Below, in pieces: positions 1 through 13,199 of a stretch of DNA of 64,000 bases (the stretch's first letter is position 1; every line of letters begins with the position of its first letter). Below the pieces are notes generated by a model. The model searched no databases and had not been told where the DNA came from. It saw only the letters and a list, made by a program, of their open reading frames with translations. The position numbers and the translations under genes are program-made. Source of the DNA: Amoeboaphelidium protococcarum X5 (lineage: Eukaryota > Fungi > Aphelidiomycota); NCBI GenBank assembly GCA_023515725.1, contig JALDTO010000247.1, forward strand, positions 186,001 through 250,000. The letters run 5' to 3'.

Positions 1-1545
1 AAGATTAGAGATATATTTCAACATGCCAAGAGCATAGCACCGTGTTTGATTTTTATTGATGAAATCGATGCCATCACACCTAAACGTGAGAATGCTCAGA
101 GAGAGATGGAGCGACGTATAGTGGCATAATTGATTAGCTGTATGGATGAGTTGTATTAGGAGGAGTTGAGTGATAAGCCGGTCATAGTGATCGGTGCAAC
201 GAACAGAGTAGAATCGCTCGATCCATCTCTGCGTAGAAATGGTAGATTTGATAGAGAAATTTGTATTGGCGTACCTGATAAAGATGCCAGGCGTGAGATT
301 CTTGAAATAATGTGCTCACGGCTGCGTCTTGGATCTGAAGTTGATCTAAACTGGTTGTCTCTCAACACTCCCGGCTATGTCGGAGCAGATTTAAAGTCTT
401 TGTGCACAGCTGCTGGAATGAACGCTGCTAAGAGAATATACATCAGACTCGGTCGTACTATTAATTCTGAAGACGCCGGAGACAATATGCAGACTGATCA
501 CCCGTAGTTATAGGTGTAGTCACATAATCCAGACATTGACACGTAACATTTGTACGCTTTCTTAACTGAGAATCGATAACAGTTGTAGCAAGATGTGTTG
601 GAGACATTATATATAGAGATGAACGATTTTTAATAGGCTCTAAAGACGGTATAACCATCTTCTAAGCGTGAAGGATTTGCCACCGTGCCAGATGTGACTT
701 GGCGAGATATTGGAGCTCTGTCACACGTTCGCCAGGAATTGAGACTGAGTGTAATTGAGCCCATTAAACACCCAGAGTTGTTCAAACGCGTCGGTATTAA
801 GAGATCGGGAGGTGTGTTGTTATATGGCTGCCCCGGAAATGGTAAGACCCTGCTGGCCAAGGCTGTCGCCAATGAGAGTCATTGTAATTTCATATCTGTA
901 AAAGGACCAGAACTGTTGAACAAGTACGTGGGAGAGAGTGAGAAAGGTATTAGGTAGGTATTTGCCAGAGCTCGCCAATCGTCACCTTGCATCATATTCT
1001 TTGATGAACTGGATGCGTTGTGCCCTCGTAGAGGTACCGGTTCTGATTCTTAGACATCTGAGCGTATTGTCAATTAGTTATTAACAGAGATGGATGGTCT
1101 GGAGGAGAGGAAAGATGTCTATATAATAGCAGCTAGTAATCGACCTGACATTTTGGATAGAGCCATTCTTAGACCGGGACGATTTGATAAATTGCTCTAT
1201 GTCGGTCTGCCTTCGGTTGATGAACGCGCTGATATCTTGCGAACTCTATCCAAAAGCATTCCATTCCATGAGAATGTGGACCTTAAAGCTATAGCAGCCA
1301 TGAAGGAGTGTGACAGATTTAGTGGTGCTGATCTGAGTGCTTTATTGAGAGAAGCTGGATTTAATGCACTGAAGAAGGCCCTTACAATGTTCGATAATGG
1401 ACACTCCACTGTTGATACGGAAATGTCCTCCTCAATAACAGTGTGCATGTAAGATTTTGTAAAAGCATTCTAATCTGTGCGACCATCCGTCTCCATGAAG
1501 GATTTGGAGAACTATGAGAGAATCCACTAGCAGTTGAGTAAATGA
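1..1545 (+). CDS. NVL: Rix7/NVL-type double AAA+ ATPase (5' partial)
   Basis: One continuous frame when TAR=Gln: IFIDEIDAI...[46 protein letters not shown]; ends TGA 1543-1545. Confidence 0.9.
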
Positions 1546-1587
1546 AACTGAAATAGATCGTACTGTAAACGAGATAGGATAGGGTGT

Positions 1588-3876
1588 TTATTGCATTTTA
1601 CAAGTCTTATCGCCATCTTCTCTCGCCATAAAATTAGGAGGCTTGGAACGTCCAATAATACTAAAACCACTAGATTGTCTCTTGTGGCTATTGCCCTGCA
1701 ACATTTTCGCAGCTATATTGCTACTGTTATTGTTAGCTACTGGAGCCTGCTCACTACTACCAGTATTAGTACTACCAAAACTATTACCGCTGTTGGCAGA
1801 GTGCTATCTCGACAACCGTCTAAGGAAGCGTTCAGCAATCGGCGCCTTCTCAATCTATTTAGATGGAACCGGCTTTCTCTCACGCTTGGCCAATTCCACC
1901 ACGGAACTTCTTCTAAACTTGTGAGGCATATCTTCAAACATCTACTCTAAATACGGAATCAGTGTGGTATCGTACGCGAAATCAGGGTTGCTAATCTCTC
2001 CACTTCTATACTACGTCTTTCCAGTGGATGATTTACTGAATTTAGTAGCCTAAGATGGTGAAGTAATTATATCTCCAGATGAACGTCCCACAGCTCCAGT
2101 TAGATCCTCATCTTCTTCCTCAGGTATTGTATTCTTTGACATTAATCTCGATTGCTGATGGCCATCCTGATCCAACGAAAAATCATCACTCCTTTGAAGC
2201 GGGACAACTGGAACTTCATTCTGAGATTTCTTCAGCTTATTACAAGTCCAAGGGTGAGAAAGTATTTGATCCACACCAAATCTACTATCAGGATCTATGC
2301 ACAGGATATTCCTGATAAGATCAGAGAGAATCTCATCTGCTTCCTCTGGTATTGTGTACTCACAACGGCCAATGTTCTCAAACAATTAATATATAGAATC
2401 ACCATCAAATGGATATTTGCCACTGATGATATGGTACAATGTGACTCCAGCTGCCCATATATCAACCTTGGAGCCAGAGAAACTATCTTTACCAAGCGCA
2501 ACTTCAGGTGGTTGAAATGCTGGTGATCCAGAACTTGTGGTGAGATTATCATTCGGACTGTAACGAGAAACTTCTTCAGCCACTCCAAAGTCTGAGATCT
2601 TGATAGTATCATCAATGGTTACGAGTAGATTTCCGGGCTTAATGTCTCTATGAATGACAGAGTTGGCATGCAAATACCTCAAGCCTTTCATCATCTGCTT
2701 GAAATAACGTTAACTCTGACTTAGTGGTAGCTTCCCTTCCGAAGATCGCCCAATAATCTCAGACAGGGTTGTGGCACAATACTCAAATACAACATAAATC
2801 TTCTGCTTCTCCTTCTTCACAATAACATCCATCAACTCAACGACATTCTTGTGTCTCAGTCTCTTCAAGACATTGATCTCACGCCGCACATTTAACTCAC
2901 CGTTAGGAATCTTTTTCAACCTCGCCTACTTCATAATCTTGATGGCAGTACGCCGCAACGTTTCGATGCAATAGCCTTCTTTAACCTTTCCATAGGAGCC
3001 TTCACCAAGTACATCACCCATAACATATCTTCCTATCAACTTTGGGGCTTTCTACCTTGGCTCGTACTGTATGTCTTGAGAAGTGTACTAAATGAATTGA
3101 TTATCATCCAAAACGCTCGGCATATCATTAAATTGCTAATAATCATATGCCCCTCCTTAGTCACCATTAACGGTAGCACTAGGCATCAGATCATCAATAT
3201 CGTCAGGCTAGAATCTAGATACAGGACGAGACAATGATTAGTTCCCAGACTCTTCGTTCAAAATACTAAGACGATGCTGAGCATTTAATTGACGGCTATT
3301 GGGCTCCAACTAAGGCTTCGCCGCTGCTACAGCAGCTCCAGTGGCAGCAGCCGACTACTTTAAAATCTGATCCAGGCTATCAGTGTAACTGGTGGTGACA
3401 TAACGATCAGGGATGCGGCCAGATTCGCCATGAGAACTATTAATACTTCCACTATTACTAGCAGAAGCACCTCTATGGGAATTCGATCCACCGGCTGATA
3501 TTTTCAACTTGTTACGCAACAATTGTTTCATAGCTTCAGATTGAGGGGAACTGGTTGGAGCACCATCGATTCTCACCTGAATCAGCTTGTCATAGGTGAA
3601 CGTTCGAGGAGCAGACTGATAATGCTTCTACTTCTTCTGATAACTATTCAAAATCATTTCTCTATATACTGCCGTGGTCAATGCTGTATCTGAAGCAATA
3701 CCAGGTTTCCTACTCTTCTTCTGAGATGGCAGAGTCAGAAACTGACCACCGCTGTCATGCCCATCCTCATCTCCATCATTTTCATTATCAAAGCCATAAA
3801 CCTTGTGACTGTTTTTATTACTATTCAACGCATTCATAGACTTGGTCACGTACTTGACATCAAACTACTTGTTCAT
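1588..3876 (-). CDS. STK11: LKB1/STK11-like Ser/Thr kinase with long low-complexity N- and C-terminal regions
   Basis: [61 protein letters not shown]; ends ...KTCKMQ then TAA at 1588-1590; next in-frame TGA is at 1432-1434, so the end is uncertain. Confidence 0.88.
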
Positions 3877-4037
3877 AATTATTTCGTTGTATACGGATAC
3901 TCTAATCGATTCTGTAGTTGTTTAGATTGTTTAGATTTTATACTCATCAGAAAGGAAAGAGAGTGAAACAAACTGGAAAGAGTTTCAGCTGAAACAATTC
4001 AAAATCGTCGTCCGCCTGCTCCGTTGCCATCAGAGAG

Positions 4038-4348
4038 ATGAAGATCCGAAGTACGAAAGGTGACTCATCCGTCAACGTTATATTTTATTTGATTGTCCTA
4101 TACTAGTAAAGAGTACTTTGAGCGCCTATTACCTCTTTGTGAAATGCATTCTTTACTTTTTAACTGAACATCAAAGATATTTTAAATTTCAACGAGCTGC
4201 CGCAAATCTTTTTGTATGTGATATTCGTACGGTTGATTGGCACCACATGAAGATTTTGATACATTTAATACTATAGATCAACGATGCAGCGTATTCGGTC
4301 ATTTTGGTGAATTAATCCAGATGCCAGATAAAGAACGACGCTAAATGA
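4038..4348 (+). CDS. Possible small hypothetical protein with two introns
   Basis: ATG to TGA stays in frame across two GT-AG introns of the size seen elsewhere here; no recognisable motif. Confidence 0.25.
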
Positions 4349-4714
4349 ACATTTACGGCTACATTTATTTGCTTTACATTGAGTTTCAAATTATGTTGAC
4401 AATATCTTTGGCGGAAAGAGTCGAACGCGTGACATCAACAGTGTAGTTATAAGTCAAGTAAAGGAGTGACGCGCAAATGCTGACTGTTTCAGAGCCGTTT
4501 GTGTAAGGCAATGTTGATTGAATGATTGATCGACGCTCCACCAAAACGGAACGGTCGACCTGTTTCAAATCTTTGTCGTCTCTTTCAATCTTGTTAGTCT
4601 GCTTAGCATTCATTATATCATATATTGACTTTGTAGTTCATTGTTTCAGTTCAATACAATTATATTATTCGGTTCTGAAGTAGTTAAAGTTCTTATAATT
4701 GAGCTGTTAAAGTA

Positions 4715-6862
4715 ATGAGGGATAAGGTGCACAAATATTATGCGTCAGTGTGGCATCGTTAGTATTTTATGCTGAGTCTAATGGTCACTATATTCCTGTT
4801 GCTTCCTCTGCTGATGATTTTGTCGTTCAAGTCATCCACCACTGCCAGAATTTAAATTACTCGCACTCTTGAAACTTATTCCAAATATGCTTATGTGACT
4901 CTACTCTCCTCGGAACTATTCCTGCCTGGTGCTGTGGCTCTAATAAAATCTCTGCAACTTACCAGGACCAGGTATGATATTGTGGTTCTTACTCTTGATC
5001 ATCTGCACCCTGAGTCGCTGGATGTTCTATGTTAGTTAAATGTTCATGTAGTAAAAGTAGACTATATCGACAATCCATATATTGATGCAATGGTGAGTAG
5101 CAGGTAGTTGCATAACTTCGCTAAATTACGCGCCTGGTAGTTGGTCAAATATGACCGAATTGTTGTGCTGGATAGCGATATGCTCATACTTTAGAATGTG
5201 GATCATTTGTTCAAGTCCAAGGCCGAGTTTGCTGCTGTATTGAATTATGAGTCTCCATTTTCAAAGTTTTAGTATCAAGCTAATAACATTAGTCTGTCGT
5301 AAACTTTTAATACAGGGCTCATGGTAATTGAGCCATCTCTGGACACCTTCACTCAGATGGTCGGTATGTTTGGCTCCGTCTCTTCCTACAATGGCGGTGA
5401 TCAAGGATTTATAAATGCATATCTGTAGTCTCTTTAGTAACACAGTAATACTTCATCTCTAATTACGAAAGTGCTCCCTCTAGAGTATAATGTCAATAAA
5501 ATGATGGCCAAGTATAATAGATCAAGAATGCCTCCAATTGGATCAATTTTTGGACTTCACTTTGTAAGATAGAAGCCATGGTATGACGTTGTGGATTAAT
5601 GGCAATTTCATCAAGAAAAAGATTTACTCGATTCTCCCTCAGATTATGAAAGTTTGAACAGGCTCTGGAGGACCGTGTTGCTGTATGATGAGTTGACATA
5701 AAGCGACTTTGAAATTATAGGTGAATAGCAGTGCTTCACAGTTGCTCCAACAAAAGAGTACTCTCTTAATGAACTATGCGTCCATGTAATTCCTCATTTC
5801 GGGCCTCAACATCTTATGCAGCTCTACCGACAATCTCACCACGAGTCTGCAATTAAATCGGAGAATGAAGTTACTTTGGTCACGTAAATAAGTATTAACC
5901 GACTGGAGCGATTAATTGAGTTATGCAGCGAATGGACGGGTCCTATAAGCGTTGCATTATGGATATCTGGCGAGGATGGTTGGGAGTAATCTATACGGCA
6001 GATATTGCTTGCCAACATTCCATGGAATAGAGTTTCAATTCATTTGGTAGTTCAAACGTAATCACATCCATATCCGATAAATTTTTTGCGAAATCTTGCT
6101 GCTAAGTATTCTCCATCAGATTTGATATTTATCAGCGATGCAGATTTTATGCTTAGCGATTAACTGTATCAGCATCTGACACATTACAAGCACGCTAGTC
6201 ATATCCGGACTGGAAGTCTCAACAACCATGTCTATGTAGTGCATGCGTTTGAATATGTGCGTTAGCCGACCTGTCTGAAAGATGTAATTGAAAGATCGAA
6301 TCGAACCACTGATATGGATTGGCTGTTTGCAACGAATAAGTGCCAGTGGAGTATGATGCATCTCGATAAGGAACAACTGCGGTAAATGAATGACTAACAA
6401 ATAGTGACGCCTTTCCATGTGAAGGGGAAAGGGCATCGTGCCACGAATACTGCTAGGTGGTGGAATGCTACGTCACCATATTACATTCAGTGGGAAGAGT
6501 GGTATGAGCCATATTTAATTTTGCGAAAAAGTCAAGTTAAGGACTTTGTCATGTTTGATGAACGGTTTGTGGATAGAGGTAGAAATAAGTTAATGCTTGC
6601 ATTGTAGCTGCATATTCGTGGATTTCGATATATCGTCTTGCCAGAAGCCTTCATAATTCACCGGTATGAGTCTAAAGAGCAAGAATAAGGTACTAGACTT
6701 GGATATCTTCCATCAAGGCACTAATTGTATCAGGAAATCGACTCATCAATTCGGTAATAATTCAACTGCTCGGCTGAAGTAGAGCGCGCGTAAATTGGAT
6801 TCTGCAATCTGCATCTCACAAAATAGATCAGTGCCTATGACGACTACGTTCCTATAGAGTGA
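4715..6862 (+). CDS. Type II membrane bifunctional glycosyltransferase, GT8 (glycogenin-like) + GT49 (LARGE C-terminal-like)
   Basis: N-terminal TM; AYVTLL, KLRAWQLVKYDRIVVLDSDMLILQNVDHLF, FNTGLMVIEP, GGDQGFIN (GT8); VTLVTQ, WTGPISVA, YPINFLRN, SDADF, YEPYLI, FDERFVDRGRNK, VLPEAFIIH (GT49); TGA end. Confidence 0.85.
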
Positions 6863-6993
6863 TTTTTTGCAATGAAACTTTGGTTAATATGGTGTTAAAC
6901 TTGATTATTGTGCAATAGAAAATATGTAAAACAAGACGCACTTGAAACATCTACTGTAATTAACTGAAATGTATTTCAATAAAAGATTATTAA

Positions 6994-7330
6994 ATCAAAT
7001 TTTGAGAACAGGTCCCAGATGGATGCCAAAGTTGTCAGGAGTCAGAGAGAAGGAGTCGCCGAATATCTGGCCAAGAAGGTCGTTCAGAGGATCCAGCACC
7101 TATGGAGAGGAGGATTCAGCATTAGGCACAGGCTTCGTGTGATAGTTCATTCCGGGCTGCAATCTGACTCCACCGGCATCAATCGCCTGATCAGTGCCAT
7201 CCAGTACGATAACGTGACCTGCGAGTGGCTGTCCACCGAAAATGCTACTGAACAGGTTGTCCAAATCCTGCAGAGAATCATTAATATCTGAATGCTCAGC
7301 ATTAGCAGCTCTTACCGAAATAATCGAATG
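6994..7330 (-). pseudogene. Protein-like reading frame with no start codon, next to the satellite
   Basis: Minus frame SDINDSLQDLDNLFSSIFGG...GIHLGPVLKI-TGA has host-like codons but an upstream in-frame TGA and no ATG; the plus-strand ORF 7019-7291 may be its antisense shadow. Confidence 0.3.
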
Positions 7331-7483
7331 ACTAGCATGACTTTTTCAAGATCCGAACAACTTCGTATCTGTGACTTTTAGCACATCACCATGCACATCT
7401 AAATGATTTAAAACGATCAGATTTACAATAGAACGTAAAAAAAACGATTTCCACAATCGATAAAAAGCGATTCGGTACAACTA

Positions 7484-10400
7484 CTCTCACCGCGCTGACA
7501 TGGGATCTGTTGCTTTCAACAGGTTCTCAGTCAAAAACGGTAATTTCAACAGATCACCCTGAGATTCTTGGAAAGGAGCGGTAATACAGTTCCAGTTTGA
7601 TAATATGTTTACGCACTCTATTCGCTTACTGCTGAATTTTATTGCAGCTCAATACAATCACTCTTACCGCGCTGACATGAGATCTGTTGTTTTCAACAGG
7701 TTTTGAGCTAAAAACGGTATTTTTCAACAGATCACCCTGAGATTCTTGGAAAGGAGCGGTAAATCAATTTCAGGTGGAAATTATCTTGAGGGACTCTATT
7801 CGCTTACTGCTGAACTTTATTGCAGCTCAATACAGTTACTCTTACCGCGATGACATGAGATCTGTTGTTTTCAACAGGTTCTCAGTCAAAACCGGTATTT
7901 TTCAACAGATCACCCTGAGATTCTTGGAAAGGAGCGGTAATATAGTTCCAGTTGGATAATATGTTTACGCACTCTATTCGCTTACTGCTGAACTTTATTG
8001 CAGCTCAGTAGAGTCACTCTTACCGCGCTGACATGAGATCTGTTGTTTTCAACAGGTTCTCAGTCAAAACCGGTATTTTTCAACAGATCACCCTGAGATT
8101 CTTGGAAAGGAGCGGTAATACAGTTCCAGTTGGATAATATGTTTACGCACTCTATTCGCTTACTGCTGAACTTTATTGCAGCTCAATTCAGTCACTCTTA
8201 CCGTGCTGACAAGGGATCTGTTGTATTCAACAGGTTTTGAGCAAAAAACGGTATTTTTCAACAGATCACCCTGAGATTCTTGGAAAGGAGCGGCATATCA
8301 ATTTCAGGTGGAAATTATCTTGAGGGGCTCTATTCTCCTACTGTGGAATTTTATTGCAGCTCAATACAGTCACTCTTACCGTGCTGACATGGGATCTGTT
8401 GTTTTCAACAGGTTTTGAGCAAAAAACGGTATTTTTCAACAGATCACCCTGAGATTCTTGGAAAGGAGCGTTATATCAATTTTAGGTGGAAATTATCTTG
8501 AGGGACTCTATTCGCTTACTGCTGAACCTTATTGCAGCTCAGTACAATCAATCTTACCGCGCTGACATGAGATCTGTTGTTTTCAACAGGTTCTCAATCA
8601 AAACCGGTATTTTTCAACAGATCACCCTGAGATTCTTGGAAAAGAGCGGTATATCAATTTCAGGTGGAAATTATCTTGAGGGGCTCTATTCTCCTACTGT
8701 GGAATTTTATTGCAGCTCAATACAGTCACTCTTACCGTGCTGACATGGGATCTGTTGTTTTCAACAGGTTTTGAGCTAAAACCGGTATTTTTCAACAGAT
8801 CACCCTGAGATTCTTGGAAAGGAGCGGTAATATAGTTCCAGTTGGATAATATGTTTACGCACTCTATTCGCTTACTGGTGAACTTTATTGCAGCTCAGTA
8901 GAGTCACTCTTACCGCGCTGACATGAGATCTGTTGTTTTCAACAGGTTCTCAGTCAAAAACGGTAATTTCAACAGATCACCCTGAGATTCTTGGAAAGGA
9001 GCGGTAATACAGTTCCAGTTGGATAATATGTTTACGCACTCTATTCGCTTACTGCTGAACTTTATTGCAGCTCAATTCAGTCACTCTTACCGTGCTGACA
9101 AGGGATCTGTTGTTTTCAACAGGTTCTCAGTCAAAACCGGTATTTTTCAACAGATCACCCTGAGATTCTTGGAAAGGAGCGGTAATACAGTTCCAGTTGG
9201 ATAATATGTTTACGCACTCTATTCGCTTACTGCTGAACTTTATTGCAGCTCAGTAGAGTCACTCTTACCGCGCTGACATGAGATCTGTTGTTTTCAACAG
9301 GTTTTGAGCAAAAAACGGTAATTTCAACAGATCACCCTGAGATCTTTGAAGTAGAGCGGTAAATCAATTTCAGGTGGAAATTATCTTGAGGGACTCTATT
9401 CGCTTACTGCTGAACTTTATTGCAGCTCAATACAGTCACTCTTACCGCGCTGACATGAGATCTGTTGTTTTCAACAGGTTCTCAGTCAAAACCGGCATTT
9501 TTCAACAGATCACCCTGAGATTCTTGGAAAGGAGCGGTAATACAGTTCCAGTTGGATAATATGTTTACGATTTCTATTCGCTTACTGCTGAACCTTATTG
9601 CAGCTCAGTACAATCAATCTTACCGCGCTGACATGAGATCTGTTGTTTTCAACAGGTTTTGAGCAAAAAACGGTAATTTCAACAGATCACCCTGAGATCT
9701 TTGAAGTAGAGCTATAATTCAGTTCCAGTTGGATAATATGTTTACGCACTCTATTCGCTTACTGCTGAACTTTATTGCAGCTCAATACAACCACAATCAC
9801 CGTGCTGACAAGGGATCTGTTGTTTTCAACAGGTTCTCAGTCAAAACCGGTATTTTTCAACAGATCACCCTGAGATTCTTGGAAAGGAGCGGTATATCAA
9901 TTTCAGGTGAAAATTATCTTGAGGGGCTCTATTCGCTTACTGCTGAACTTTATTGCAGCTCAGTACAACCACAATCACCGCGCTGACATGGGATCTGTTG
10001 TTTTCAACAGGTTCTCAATCAAGACCGGTATTTTTCAACAGATCACCCTGAGATCTTTGAAGTAGAGCTATAATTCAGTTCCAGTTGGATAATATGTTTA
10101 CGCACTCTATTCGCTTACTGGTGAACTTTAATGCAGCTCAATACAACCACAATCACCGTGCTGACATGAGATCTGTTGTTTTCAACAGGTTCTCAATCAA
10201 AACCGGTATTTTTCAACAGATCACCCTGAGATTCTTGGAAAGGAGCGATATATCAATTTCAGGTGGAAATTATCTTGAGGGGCTCTATTTTCCTACTGTG
10301 GAATTTTATTGCAGCTCAATACAGTCACTCTTACCGTGCTGACATGGGATCTGTTGTTTTCAACAGGTTTTGAGCAAAAAACGGTAATTTCAACAGATCA

Positions 10401-11090
10401 CCCTGAGATCTTTGAAGTAGAGCTATAATTCAGTTCCAGTTGGATAATATGTTTACGCACTCTATTCGCTTACTGGTGAACTTTAATGCAGCTCAATACA
10501 ACCACAATCACCGTGCTGACATGAGATCTGTTGTTTTCAACAGGTTCTCAATCAAAACCGGTATTTTTCAACAGATCACCCTGAGATTCTTGGAAAGGAG
10601 CGGTATATCAATTTCAGGTGGAAATTATCTTGAGGGGCTCTATTCTCCTACTGTGGAATTTTATTGCAGCTCAATACAGTCAATCTTACCGCGCTGACAT
10701 GAGATCTGTTGTTTTCAACAGGTTCTCAGTCAAAACCGGTATTTTTCAACAGATCACCCTGAGATTCTTGGAAAGGAGCGGTAATACAGTTCCAGTTGGA
10801 TAATATGTTTACGCACTCTATTCGCTTACTGCTGAACTTTATTGCAGCTCAGTAGAGTCACTCTTACCGCGCTGACATGAGATCTGTTGTTTTCAACAGG
10901 TTCTCAGTCAAAACCGGCATTTTTCAACAGATCACCCTGAGATTCTTGGAAAGGAGCGGTAATGCAGTTCCAGGTGGTAAATATGCCTTAACACTCTATT
11001 CGCTTACTGCTGAACTTTATTGCAGTTCAGAAGAGTAACTCTCGGCGCGTTGGTATGGGATCTGTGGTTTTCGACAGGATCTCCAACGTA
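7484..11090. repeat. Tandem satellite, ~20 copies of a 177-178 bp monomer
   Basis: AGATCACCCTGAG recurs at 7551, 7729, 7907, 8085 and onward (178-bp period); terminal copies are degenerate; period is not a multiple of 3. Confidence 0.97.
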
Positions 11091-11153
11091 AAACGCGGCA
11101 CTTTGCTTTCCTTTCAGCAGAAACAACACACAGTTCCACTCTACTATTTAATC

Positions 11154-11552
11154 ATGACTATTGACACGGAGATTAAGCGTAAGACAGGCATACTGAAGAG
11201 GTAACTAGCCGTGGTTCTAGTAAAGAAATGTTTTATTTAATACTATGTTTGTAGATACAAGAAAGATTTGCAATATTATGAGACAGAGTTGAAGCAGCAT
11301 CAAGATAAAATAGATAAACTACGCAGTTGTGGAGAGGTTGACAATGTTGGAGAGCAGAACGACTTTCTGGTGAGAAAAGCCACGGAATTGTTGCTTGAAA
11401 CGGAGAAATTGATTCCGGACATCAGAAACCGCCTTAACGTGACGTATCAAGAGTTGTACGATCTCTGTCACGCTGATAGTGTCAATAAAAATGGTCAAGA
11501 GTACAAAGATGCAATGAACTTGCTTCAAGACACTGAACCTCGTCAACAATGA
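11154..11552 (+). CDS. TBCA: Tubulin-folding cofactor A (Rbl2)
   Basis: IKRKTGILKR|YKKDLQYYETE...LLETEKLIPDIRNRL; GT-AG intron 11201-11254. Confidence 0.88.
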
Positions 11553-11615
11553 AAGAACTGACTGAATTTTATACATTTCCCTAAAACCAAACATTTATAC
11601 TATTCCACATATCTA

Positions 11616-12428
11616 TCATTGCCTCTCTATCAATCCTTCTTTACCAGGTCCGCTTTCTGCAATATTATTATTACTGTTGACGCGCAAATCTGTCTTGCTG
11701 CCAACTTTGGAGCTTCCCAAATATTCATTTACCAGCTGCTACATCCAGCCTTGTGGCACTGTGGCCTCGAAATCAAATTACAAAATATCTCGACCAAAGA
11801 GCACGAAATGACTGAAAACAGTATTGAGATAACCTTCCATGGAGACGTTCAACATATCCTCGTAGTGAGCATAGTAAATGTGTAAAAATACACGCAGAAG
11901 TTGTTTGTAGATCCTCTCAGATACTATAGATTTAAATTGAGGACTGAAATCGGTTGCGCCATTACTAAGTGACGATAGTGATGACGTAGGAAATATCTAG
12001 CCATCTTCCAACACTGACTGAATGGTAGACATTGACAGATCAATGTACTGCGAGGCTGATACTTTTGTATTCTTCTTATTACTATCCAGCCATAGGACTT
12101 CATTGGCGGCACCTTAAGAACTAGGGTCGTACTTGGTCATCCACAAGCATCCTTCCCTGCCAACAGTCATTGTGGGACAGCTCTGCCCAGTGCAAAACTC
12201 ATTTATACAAGAGTACAAATGACCAGTGAGAATAAAGAAATCAGACATCATTGTAGCCACCCATTCATCCTCATATTTAACGAGATGTGACGGCAGACTA
12301 ATGATATTGTTCATTGAGCCAGATACAATAGTCTGCCTAACGTATGGATCATTCAGAAACAATGGTTTCGTCAACTTGGCCTTCAACTAGGCAGCCAAAT
12401 TATCATTGCTCTTCTTGCTCTTGGTCAT
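11616..12428 (-). CDS. MOB kinase activator (Mob2-like)
   Basis: IISLP..EDEWVA...DFF, CTGQSCPTMT, VSASQYID, IFPT, LLRVFLHIYYAHY, LNTVFSHF. Confidence 0.85.
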
Positions 12429-12740
12429 CAACTTGCTACATTTAAAAAGATGGATTTCTGTTATTACTGCTGAATGTTCAAGTTAAATCATACCTGAAAA
12501 AAGTAGTCATTATGGCCAACTTTCACAATTTATGGTGATTTTACTAACTTCTATTTGCTTACTTATCACAGTTGTGGCAAATGAAACAACAATGGTAGAA
12601 AATGAATCTGGTTGCGACAGTGAAAGTGTCTCTTTATCGCAGAAAATTACGCTGTCAAAGGCACAAACTTCTCGCTGTGATAAAAGATCTCTCATTTTTC
12701 GTATCGCTGATTTTAATAATAATAATACCAATATATAGTG

Positions 12741-13142
12741 ATGGTTAATTGGGGAAAACGTCCTGAATTCAATCCTGGAAATACGCTGCCTAGGTGGCGA
12801 ACGCGTCTAGATACCGCAATGGTGTTTACTGGCGCCATACTGGTAGGAATCAATGTGTTATATGTGACTTTGGGAATCTACACTGGACAGTTGAATGTGG
12901 AAGAATACCGAAAGTAGCAGCTAGAAAAGATTACTGGCCTTGATAAGAAGATTTACTCGTATATAAACTCAAAAGTCACCGGCGGTGGTGGTTAGATAAA
13001 TAACAGGCCATCTTAACACGCTGATAACACTTAATTCAACTCCACGGTGGAGACTTAGAAACCATCAATCATAGAACTGGCGGCGTAGATTCGACAAAAG
13101 TAAAAAGCTTTAGATTAGAGAAAAGGCTAGACTAAGTAATGA
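12741..13142 (+). CDS. Hypothetical 133-aa single-TM protein
   Basis: ATG to TGA open under TAR=Gln; hydrophobic segment AMVFTGAILVGINVLYVTLGIY. Confidence 0.5.
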
Positions 13143-13199
13143 TTGCTTTAATAAAAAAATTTGTATTGTAATTATGACCGTTATGAAGAACTAATACTT

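Noticed and set aside
7484-11090. CRISPR array or repeat-protein gene (many similar ORFs in the track)
   Set aside because: No unique spacers and no cas genes; eukaryotic context; the 178-bp period breaks frame, so the ORFs are by-products
12532-12743. Signal-peptide-like ORF whose TGA overlaps the next ATG (TGATG)
   Set aside because: Short, no homology; chance overlap cannot be excluded
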